Positions 1-6,268 of a DNA stretch of 32,000 nucleotides are shown in pieces. How positions within the stretch are numbered: position 1 is the stretch's first letter; each line of letters opens with the position of its first letter. Under the pieces are notes generated by a model that saw only the letters and a program-made list of their open reading frames with translations, did not search any database and was not told the origin of the DNA. A program made the translations under genes and the position numbers. Origin of the DNA: Telmatocola sphagniphila (GTDB lineage Bacteria > Planctomycetota > Planctomycetia > Gemmatales > Gemmataceae); the NCBI RefSeq assembly GCF_018398935.1, contig NZ_CP074694.1, positions 5,550,001 through 5,582,000 on the forward strand, read 5' to 3'.

Positions 1-170
1 TGCCCCAATGTTAGTGAAGTGGCCAGACTGGCTTTCAAAACCAATTTGGCGGAAGGGTTTTTCCAAAGACAGGCGTCACTATAGCCACTGGGCAGTGGCA
101 CCCAATGCTCTGCCCAGCCCAGGGGAAACTGGCGAAGAACTTCCTGGGGTGGTAGATCGTGCTTCCCCAT
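1..170 (-). CDS. partial CDS (5' end only; continues past the left edge), possibly a kinase-like phosphotransferase (APH/CotS type)
   Basis: Absent from the ORF track because only 56 codons lie in the window. A minus-strand ATG at 170, 20 nt after the coaB-like stop, opens a stop-free frame to position 1: MGKHDLPPQEVLRQFPLGWAEHWVPLPSGYSDACLWKNPSAKLVLKASLATSLTLG. The pattern G-x-S-x-A-x-hydrophobic followed by VLK resembles the Gly-loop plus catalytic Lys of APH-type kinases (by eye). Confidence 0.35.
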   Translation of the reverse strand, partial: MGKHDLPPQEVLRQFPLGWAEHWVPLPSGYSDACLWKNPSAKLVLKASLATSLTLG

Positions 171-189
171 ATCTCTTACCGCCAACCCG

Positions 190-855
190 TTAGGCTTTTT
201 CCAGCAGTCGTATTAAACGCTCCGGCAATTCGACTCGCGTTACCTTGCTGTAAGTCCCTTCGCCATTTCCCAGGTATGCCCACTGGTTTCGGGTCTCAAA
301 CAGGTTGGCCACCATCCAGTCGGCCTGCGATTGTTGGCGGGAGGCCTCCGCCACCTGAAGCAACTCTTCCTCGAGTAAACCAGTCTCCAACTTGAATTTC
401 ACCAGATGGCCCGAATATTTCCATTCCGCTCGAAAGCGATCGATCAGTTTAGGAGTGGGCGTCAGTTTCAACCACAACTCAGTGTGATGGCTCTTGATCT
501 TACTGGCTCGCGCATCCCGATTGTCGGCCGTGAAAATCCCATCCACTTTGTAATCGCTCACGGCCGCGCAGTGTACTATGGCGTCGAATTTTCCGGAGGG
601 AACGTGCATTTTCAACAACTGATCGAGATCCTCGAAGGTCCGGTAAGTCTGCACGTGCCAGCGGGTATGCTCCATAATCATCGGATAGATTTCCCGAACC
701 ACTTCGGGATGGGAGGTCAAGAGCGTGACCTGATGGCCCCGTTCGTAGGCTTTCAGAGCAATTCGGGTGCCGGTTCTGCCGGTAAAAATATTTGTTATGC
801 AGCGCACATCGTCGATAGGCGTTTGGGTATTGCCGGCGGTCACCAGAATATGCAT
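190..855 (-). CDS. coaB: phosphopantothenate--cysteine ligase-like protein (stand-alone CoaB / DFP C-terminal domain)
   Basis: 221 aa. ILVTAGNTQTPIDDVRCITNIFTGRTG matches the CoaB motif of E. coli Dfp ([25 protein letters not shown]), and HCAAVSDY matches GCAAVADY. No CoaC flavoprotein domain is fused. Confidence 0.75.
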   Translation of the reverse strand: MHILVTAGNTQTPIDDVRCITNIFTGRTGTRIALKAYERGHQVTLLTSHPEVVREIYPMIMEHTRWHVQTYRTFEDLDQLLKMHVPSGKFDAIVHCAAVSDYKVDGIFTADNRDARASKIKSHHTELWLKLTPTPKLIDRFRAEWKYSGHLVKFKLETGLLEEELLQVAEASRQQSQADWMVANLFETRNQWAYLGNGEGTYSKVTRVELPERLIRLLEKA

Positions 856-922
856 TAACTCGAACTCCGTGGAAACGAACTAGAATGACATCCTATAGAT
901 GCATTAAGTTTTTCGAGGGTTT

Positions 923-1681
923 ATGACTCCTGGCGTAGCAATAGTTACCGGTAGTGGCAAAAAACGAGTGGGCTGGTATGTGGCCGATGCCCTGGCTCGC
1001 AAAGGCTATTCCGTGGCCGTGCACTACCGCAGTTCGGAACGCGAAGCACGCGAAACAGTGGCCCATCTGCAATCTCTAAATGTCGCCGCCGAAGCTTTTC
1101 GGGCCGATCTGGCGAAGGATCAGGAGGTTTCTTCGCTCGTAGAAAGAGTCTTCCAATCCTTCGGTCGAGTTGACGTTCTGGTTAACTGTGCGGCCATCTG
1201 GGAACGCAAAAAATTGGAAGCAGTCACGGCCGAGGATGTCCGAAGACATTTCGAAATCAATACTCTCGGGACATTCCTCTGCTGTCAGCAGGTGGGACTG
1301 CGAATGGTCGCTCAACCCAGTGGTGGCTGCATCATCAACCTCGGCGACTGGGCCGAGATTCGCCCCTATCCGGATTACTCGGCCTATTTCCCTTCCAAGG
1401 GAGGCATCTCGGTACTCACACGGAACTTCGCCGTCGAACTAGGCCTCCGAAATCCTAATATTCGAGTCAATGCCATACTCCCGGGGCCAGTCCTGCTGCC
1501 CGAGGATCTTCCTCAGGCGGAACGAAACGAAGTCATCGCGTCCACTTTAGTGAAACGGGAAGGCCGGCCGGAAAATGTCGCCCAGGCCGTGCTGGCCCTT
1601 ATCGAAAATGACTTCATCACCGGAGTTTGTCTGCCAGTCGATGGCGGCCGGAGCGTCTATGCCCCGAATCCCCAGGACTAA
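923..1681 (+). CDS. SDR-family oxidoreductase, pteridine-reductase (PTR1/FolM)-like
   Basis: 252 aa. It has the N-terminal Rossmann motif AIVTGSGKKRVGWYVADALARKGYSVAVHYRSS, with the HY typical of PTR1-like SDRs. NCAA and the catalytic YxxxK (YFPSK) are present. Confidence 0.8.
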   Translation: MTPGVAIVTGSGKKRVGWYVADALARKGYSVAVHYRSSEREARETVAHLQSLNVAAEAFRADLAKDQEVSSLVERVFQSFGRVDVLVNCAAIWERKKLEAVTAEDVRRHFEINTLGTFLCCQQVGLRMVAQPSGGCIINLGDWAEIRPYPDYSAYFPSKGGISVLTRNFAVELGLRNPNIRVNAILPGPVLLPEDLPQAERNEVIASTLVKREGRPENVAQAVLALIENDFITGVCLPVDGGRSVYAPNPQD

Positions 1682-1824
1682 TCCAGAAGTTAGAAACAAA
1701 GGGACGCCCGTTTCCGCCCCGATCGATAGGCGATGAAAAGAAAATTCTCACAGTATTTGAGAGCATTTTTCGCTCAAATTCGGCCCAGAACAGAATGGCT
1801 GCCGATGCTCGCTTTTGCTTTTGC

Positions 1825-1852
1825 TTGACCCACCCCCTCGTGCGCCTAAGAT
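1825..1852 (+). promoter_or_regulatory. candidate sigma70-type promoter upstream of nuoA
   Basis: TTGACC (1825-1830), a 16-nt spacer, then TAAGAT (1847-1852). Based on sequence pattern only. It lies immediately upstream of a terminator-like hairpin, so its role is uncertain. Confidence 0.25.
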
Positions 1853-1866
1853 GATTGTGACTTGCT

Positions 1867-1894
1867 CTCGACTTTGAAGTCGAGGTTTATTTTT
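1867..1894 (+). terminator. stem-loop plus U-tract (terminator of the SDR gene or attenuator in the nuo leader)
   Basis: CTCGACT (1867-1873), loop TTGA, AGTCGAG (1878-1884), followed by GTTTATTTTT. The stem is 7 bp and perfect. Confidence 0.35.
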
Positions 1895-1945
1895 GCTGGA
1901 CTTTGTGAAAAAAAGCACAAAGTTGGGCCAGGGAAAGGAATAGCT

Positions 1946-2401
1946 GTGCCTCTTCTCGCGGTAACTGATCTGCCCGTTCAGACTACGGCCGGTTTGGAAC
2001 CAGCTTTCGATCTGGTTACTTATTATCCCCTGTTCATTTTTCTGGGTTTTGTTCTGCTGTTTGCCTTTGGCATTCTGGTCGCGGTTTACACGCCGTTTCT
2101 CAAGCCGAAAAAAGATACCGTCGTGAAATTGATGCCCTACGAATCGGGGATGGATCCGGTGGGCGATGCCCGCATGCAGTTCGATATCAAGTTCTATCTG
2201 ATCGCCATCTTGTTCCTGGTGTTCGACGTGGAATTGTTGTTCCTCTATCCCTGGGCGACCATCGCCTACTCGGATAATGCTGCTCCTTTCTGGCGGGCCG
2301 AATTCGGGCGGCTGGTCTTCATTGAAATTCTGGTTTTCCTTCTGACGCTGGGCATTGCCTACATCTATGCCTGGCGAAAAGGGGTGTTCGCATGGCGGTA
2401 G
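1946..2401 (+). CDS. nuoA: NADH-quinone oxidoreductase subunit A
   Basis: [40 protein letters not shown] is the NuoA/ND3 signature. The frame is open from TTG 1862, but those codons cover two stem-loops. The in-frame GTG at 1946, preceded by GGAAAGGAA (1932-1940), is preferred; the start remains uncertain. Confidence 0.85.
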   Translation: MPLLAVTDLPVQTTAGLEPAFDLVTYYPLFIFLGFVLLFAFGILVAVYTPFLKPKKDTVVKLMPYESGMDPVGDARMQFDIKFYLIAILFLVFDVELLFLYPWATIAYSDNAAPFWRAEFGRLVFIEILVFLLTLGIAYIYAWRKGVFAWR

Positions 2402-2976
2402 CCTTACCCGATTTCATCATCAGCAAACTCGATTGGATCGCGAACGAAGCGCGAGCCAACAGCATCTGGCCCATGCCATTCGCCACCGCCTGCTGCGGCA
2501 TCGAACTGATGGCCACGGCTAGTTCCCGCTACGACATTGGCCGATTCGGGGCCGAAGCCATGCGGTTTTCCCCCCGACAGTGCGACCTGATGATTGTCGC
2601 GGGCCGGGTGGTCATGAAGATGATTCCCGTAATGCAGCGAATCTGGCAGCAGATGCCCGAACCGAAGTGGTGCATCAGCATGGGGGCCTGTGCCTCCTCG
2701 GGTGGCGTATTCGATACTTATGCCGTCGTGCAGGGAATTGATCGGTTTATTCCTGTCGATGTGTACGTTCCGGGCTGCCCGCCCCGGCCAGAGCAGCTGA
2801 TTCGGGCCGTGCTGGATCTTCAGGAGAAGGTTCGAAATACGGGTACGATCGACGCTCGCGAATTTGCCGAACGCAAAGTTTTCGAAGGCCCGGCCAGCCT
2901 CTACAAGGAACTGCAGCCGAGCGAAACCATCGTTGTGCCAGGCGACTACTCCACGGCCACTCGAACGCGAAACTAA
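2392..2976 (+). CDS. nuoB: NADH-quinone oxidoreductase subunit B
   Basis: Carries the N2 cluster motifs [16 protein letters not shown] and PGCPPRPE. The ATG overlaps the end of nuoA by 10 nt. Confidence 0.95.
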   Translation: MAVALPDFIISKLDWIANEARANSIWPMPFATACCGIELMATASSRYDIGRFGAEAMRFSPRQCDLMIVAGRVVMKMIPVMQRIWQQMPEPKWCISMGACASSGGVFDTYAVVQGIDRFIPVDVYVPGCPPRPEQLIRAVLDLQEKVRNTGTIDAREFAERKVFEGPASLYKELQPSETIVVPGDYSTATRTRN

Positions 2977-3007
2977 TCCGCAGGACTGGCGACCGAAGAA
3001 GAGAACC

Positions 3008-3502
3008 ATGAGCAAAACCAGCGATTTTCTGACTCAGAACTTCGGATCGGCCGTGTCGCTCTCCGAATACCGCGATAATCAGCGGGTGGTAGTGGCCTCG
3101 GCCCGGGTCTTTGAACTTCTGCAAACGCTGAAGGAAAAGCAGGGATTCGATTTGCTGTCCGATGTGACGGCCGTCGATTATCTGGAATTTCCCGGTGCCA
3201 AAGATCGTTACGGCGTGGTTTACGTGCTGACGAACACGGTCACCGGCGAGACACTTATCGTCAAAACATTTGTGAACGATCCGACTCCAAAGCTGAAATC
3301 GGTTTATTCTCTCTGGAAAGGGGCCGATTGGCTGGAACGCGAAGTTTACGATATGTTCGGCATTGAATTCGAAGGACATCCGGATCTGCGACGAATCTTG
3401 TTGCCGCAAGAGTTTGTCTCATTCCCGCTTCGCAAAGATTACCCGCTGCGAGGCAAGGGAGAACGGCATAACTTCGTGCCGTTGATTCGAGCTGAAGGAT
3501 AA
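3008..3502 (+). CDS. nuoC: NADH-quinone oxidoreductase subunit C
   Basis: [25 protein letters not shown] is the NuoC/30-kDa signature. The track ORF opens at 2864, which would overlap nuoB by 113 nt, so ATG 3008 (164 aa) was chosen. Confidence 0.9.
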   Translation: MSKTSDFLTQNFGSAVSLSEYRDNQRVVVASARVFELLQTLKEKQGFDLLSDVTAVDYLEFPGAKDRYGVVYVLTNTVTGETLIVKTFVNDPTPKLKSVYSLWKGADWLEREVYDMFGIEFEGHPDLRRILLPQEFVSFPLRKDYPLRGKGERHNFVPLIRAEG

Positions 3503-3507
3503 AAAAA

Positions 3508-3553
3508 GCTGTCAGCGATCAACTAAATGAGCTTTCAGCTGTCAGCTTTGAGC
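3508..3553 (-). repeat. about 6 heptamer units in reverse orientation (nnTCAGC, the complement of GCTGAnn), partly degenerate
   Basis: Reads agc tgtcagc gatcaac taaatgagc tttcagc tgtcagc tttgagc. Starts 6 nt after the nuoC stop. Confidence 0.8.
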
Positions 3554-3647
3554 CAGGATATGCAGGCTTAACTGTCTGTGCTGGATCATCTGAGCTTTGG
3601 ATTGAAAAGGGATAGTTGAATACACGAAGAGCCGGATTCTTACATTT

Positions 3648-3766
3648 GCTGACCGCTGACCGCTGATAGCTAAAAGCTGATTGCTGACCGCTGACCGCTG
3701 AAAGCTGACCGCTGATAGCTAAAAGCTGATTGCTGACCGCTGAAAGCTGACCGCTGACCGCTGAAA
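3648..3766 (+). repeat. 17 consecutive phase-perfect heptamers of GCT[G/A]A[C/T/A][C/A/T]
   Basis: Parsed by hand: gctgacc gctgacc gctgata gctaaaa gctgatt gctgacc gctgacc gctgaaa gctgacc gctgata gctaaaa gctgatt gctgacc gctgaaa gctgacc gctgacc gctgaaa. An exact 40-nt internal duplication exists (3655-3694 equals 3704-3743). The array ends about 24 nt before the nuoD start. Confidence 0.97.
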
Positions 3767-3789
3767 GCTTGTATTTTGGAGATTGCAAC

Positions 3790-5022
3790 GTGCCTTTAAC
3801 TGCTGCCGCTCCGTATCCGGTCGACGTCGAGGATGACTCGCCAGACAAGGAATATCTCTATACCCTCAATTTCGGGCCGCAGCACCCGGCTACCCACACC
3901 ACACTGCGGTTAATCCTGACTTTGGATGGCGAGACCATCGTCAAGGCCGTGCCCGATATCGGCTTTTTGCACTCCGGCTTCGAAAAGCTCGGTGAAGATC
4001 TCGACTTCAATCAATATGTGACCATCGTCGACCGGATGAATTACATTTCGCCGATCGCCAATGAAATTGCCTGGCACAATGCGGTCGAGAAGCTTCTGGA
4101 CATTCAGTTGACGCCGCGTTGCAAGTATATCCGCACCATTATCGCCGAGCTGGCCCGTATCTCGGATCACTTGCTCTGCATCGGTGCGGTTGCCCTCGAC
4201 CTGGGTGGTCTGACGGCCTTCCTTTATGCTTTCAATGCACGCGAAGGCATCTACAACATCTTCGAAAATATGTCCGGCCAGCGCTTCCACCCCAGTTATA
4301 CTCGGGTCGGCGGCCTGATGATGGACGTCAGCGAAGACTGGATCGAGTTGATCCGCAAGTTTGTGCGAGAGTTCCCGCAGGTTCATTCGGATGTATGCCG
4401 GCTTCTGAACAAGAATCGAATATTTATTGATCGCACTAAAGGGGTGGGTGTGCTTTCGAAAGAAGAAGCCACCAACCGCAGTGCGACGGGGCCCTGTGCC
4501 CGCGCTTCCGGGGTTACTCGCGATATCCGCAAAGACGCGCCCTATCTGGCGTACAAGGATTTCGAGTTCAAGACAGTCTGTGCGAAGGGGGGCGACTGCT
4601 TCAGCCGATACCTTGTTCGCATGGAGGAGATGCGCGAAAGTCTTTCGATCATCAAACAGGCCGTGGAGAATATCCCAACCGGGCCGGTGAATGTGGACAT
4701 CGATGACCGATTGACCATTCCCGATAAAACTTCGACCTATCGCAGTATTGAAGGATTGATTCAGCATTTCGAATTGATCATGACTAATCGCCGCTGGAAG
4801 AGTCCGTTGGAAGAAGTTTACGCGGCCACAGAATCGCCCAACGGCGAACTCGGCTTCTACATTGTGGGCTCAGGCGAAGGGAAGGCGTATCGGGCTAGGA
4901 CCCGGCCGCCATCATTCATCCACTTCGCGATGTTCCCTTACTTAATTGAGGGACATCAGATTTCGGACGTCCCGGCAGTGTTGGGGTCGTTGAATATTAT
5001 TGCGGCGGAGTTGGATCGATAA
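3790..5022 (+). CDS. nuoD: NADH-quinone oxidoreductase subunit D
   Basis: NFGPQHPATHTTLRL, FHPSYTRVGG and the C-terminal VLGSLNIIAAELDR are NuoD/49-kDa signatures. The track start, TTG 3769, lies in the degenerate end of the repeat. GTG 3790 with GGAG at 3778-3781 is preferred. Confidence 0.93.
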   Translation: MPLTAAAPYPVDVEDDSPDKEYLYTLNFGPQHPATHTTLRLILTLDGETIVKAVPDIGFLHSGFEKLGEDLDFNQYVTIVDRMNYISPIANEIAWHNAVEKLLDIQLTPRCKYIRTIIAELARISDHLLCIGAVALDLGGLTAFLYAFNAREGIYNIFENMSGQRFHPSYTRVGGLMMDVSEDWIELIRKFVREFPQVHSDVCRLLNKNRIFIDRTKGVGVLSKEEATNRSATGPCARASGVTRDIRKDAPYLAYKDFEFKTVCAKGGDCFSRYLVRMEEMRESLSIIKQAVENIPTGPVNVDIDDRLTIPDKTSTYRSIEGLIQHFELIMTNRRWKSPLEEVYAATESPNGELGFYIVGSGEGKAYRARTRPPSFIHFAMFPYLIEGHQISDVPAVLGSLNIIAAELDR

Positions 5023-5025
5023 AGA

Positions 5026-5060
5026 GCGATCAGCTGACAGCTGTCAGCTGTCAGCAAGAC
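5026..5060 (-). repeat. heptamer array (gcgatca gctgaca gctgtca gctgtca gcaagac) containing a perfect 16-nt palindrome
   Basis: GCTGACAGCTGTCAGC at 5033-5048 is its own reverse complement. When phased as nnTCAGC the units are in reverse orientation. Starts 4 nt after the nuoD stop. Confidence 0.85.
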
Positions 5061-5221
5061 ATGATGCCGATTAGTTAAAATTGATAGTTGATAAAAGTTA
5101 AAATGGTACTGCTGAAAGTTAACCACTGTCGCTGATGGTTTACAAAAGCCCTGCATTCCACCGTTCGCCCTCGGTTGAAAGCAGAATCAGATAGGGCGGG
5201 AAGTTTTTAAGAGCTAGCCCG

Positions 5222-5578
5222 ATGAAAGACTTTAGATCTTTGCTCGTATGGCAAAAGTCTCATGATCTGGCATTAAAAATTTATCGGGCAACGAGTGAAT
5301 TTCCCAAGACGGAGCTTTACGGTTTAACTTCGCAGCTGAGACGTGCGGTAGTTTCTATCCCGTCGAATATTGCTGAGGGCTGTGGAAGAGGTTCCGAAGC
5401 CGATTTTGCTAGGTTTCTTCAGTTGTCGATGGGATCGGCTAGTGAAGTGGAATACCAAATCTTGCTAGGGAAAGATTTGGCTTTATTGTCGGAAACAGAA
5501 TATTTCCGATTGAATTCGGCAATTGTGGAAGTGAAGCGAATGTTATCGTCACTCATAGCCAAAATTCGAAAAGGTTGA
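5222..5578 (+). CDS. four-helix-bundle protein (23S rRNA intervening-sequence protein family; same fold family as DGR Avd)
   Basis: 118 aa. LLVWQKSHDLALKIYRATSEFPKTELYGLTSQLRRAVVSIPSNIAEGCGRGSEADFARFLQLSMGSASEVEYQILL is the hallmark of this family (PF05635/TIGR02436 from memory). It is visibly AT-rich: 20 of the first 60 nt are G/C, against 38 of 60 in a nuoD sample counted by hand. Confidence 0.88.
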   Translation: MKDFRSLLVWQKSHDLALKIYRATSEFPKTELYGLTSQLRRAVVSIPSNIAEGCGRGSEADFARFLQLSMGSASEVEYQILLGKDLALLSETEYFRLNSAIVEVKRMLSSLIAKIRKG

Positions 5579-5645
5579 ATTTTATTGGAAAGGCTTCTTT
5601 AGGGTTAGCACAGTGCTAAATCTGATTTTGAAAAGGTTTTGTATT

Positions 5646-5687
5646 GCTGATTGCTGATTGCTGACCGCTGACCGCTAATAGCTAAAT
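5646..5687 (+). repeat. 6 forward heptamers (gctgatt gctgatt gctgacc gctgacc gctaata gctaaat)
   Basis: Parsed by hand. Ends 13 nt before the nuoE ATG at 5701. Confidence 0.93.
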
Positions 5688-5700
5688 ATCGAAAGCAACT

Positions 5701-6183
5701 ATGTCTATACTCTCGAACGAGCTGCGAGAAAAGATTCAAGCGTATATCCCCCGCTACCCTAACAAGCAGGCGGTGACCTTGCCCGCATTGCATCTGGTGC
5801 AGGATGCCTTGCGCTGCGTCCCCAATGAGGCGGTACGCGAGATCGCTCAGATGCTCGATCTAGCTCCCTCGGAAGTTTACGACACCATGACCTTCTACGG
5901 CTTCTTCCGGGAAGATCATAATAAGCTCGGCAAAAATCGACTGTGGGTCTGTCGGAGTCTGGCTTGCAATCTTCGTGGCGCGGACGATCTGCTTGGCCAC
6001 TTCTGCGACAAACTGCATGTGGCCCCCGGAGAGACGACCAAAGACGGCAAAATCACGCTCGAATTCGCGGAGTGCATCGGGGCCTGCGAAGGCGCCCCCT
6101 GTGTGCTGATCAACGACGAACACGAACTGAACATCACCAACGAAAAAGCGGATCAATTAATAGCGAGATTGCAAAAAGCATAA
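5701..6183 (+). CDS. nuoE: NADH-quinone oxidoreductase subunit E
   Basis: 160 aa. Carries the 2Fe-2S (N1a) cysteines in CRSLACNLRG and ECIGACEGAPC. Confidence 0.93.
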   Translation: MSILSNELREKIQAYIPRYPNKQAVTLPALHLVQDALRCVPNEAVREIAQMLDLAPSEVYDTMTFYGFFREDHNKLGKNRLWVCRSLACNLRGADDLLGHFCDKLHVAPGETTKDGKITLEFAECIGACEGAPCVLINDEHELNITNEKADQLIARLQKA

Positions 6184-6186
6184 CTG

Positions 6187-6225
6187 TTAACCGCGACGCG
6201 AACAAGAAATATTAACCGCGACGCG
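6187..6225 (+). repeat. 14-nt perfect direct repeat TTAACCGCGACGCG, two copies
   Basis: Copies at 6187-6200 and 6212-6225, separated by 11 nt, in the nuoE-nuoF spacer. Confidence 0.9.
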
Positions 6226-6268
6226 CAGCGGAGCGTCTATAAAGCGAATTCACCCTCGGATTGAATAT

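Noticed and set aside
8-193. 61-aa plus-strand ORF at the left edge
   Set aside because: Its composition is Trp/Pro/Arg-rich and unlike a real protein, and it would overlap the coaB-like stop. The minus-strand frame starting at ATG 170 gives a more protein-like, kinase-like N-terminus, so the plus-strand ORF was not called.
1862-1945. Upstream alternative starts given by the ORF track: TTG 1862 for nuoA, ATG 2864 for nuoC, TTG 3769 for nuoD and TTG 17523 for nuoN
   Set aside because: The extensions overlap structured leader hairpins (nuoA), 113 nt of nuoB (nuoC) or the repeat array (nuoD). They also lack SD sequences, whereas the downstream in-frame starts have GGAG-type or GA-rich purine sequences at proper spacing. 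This remains uncertain without N-terminal data.
3648-3766. Possible CRISPR array
   Set aside because: The units are 7 nt long and directly abutting with no spacers, and there are no cas genes in the window. This is a microsatellite-like tandem repeat, not a CRISPR array.
3519-3848. 109-aa minus-strand ORF with repeats such as SAVSGQLSAVSNQLLAISGQLSAVSGQQSAF
   Set aside because: It is simply the stop-free reverse translation of the heptamer arrays. It has no SD and no sensible start context, and it overlaps the nuoD start. The same applies to the 62-aa ORF at 5605-5793(-).
5222-5578. Diversity-generating retroelement (the four-helix-bundle protein resembles Avd)
   Set aside because: There is no reverse transcriptase ORF, no template/variable repeat pair and no adenine-specific mismatch pattern anywhere in the 32 kb. 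The gene is a stand-alone family member.
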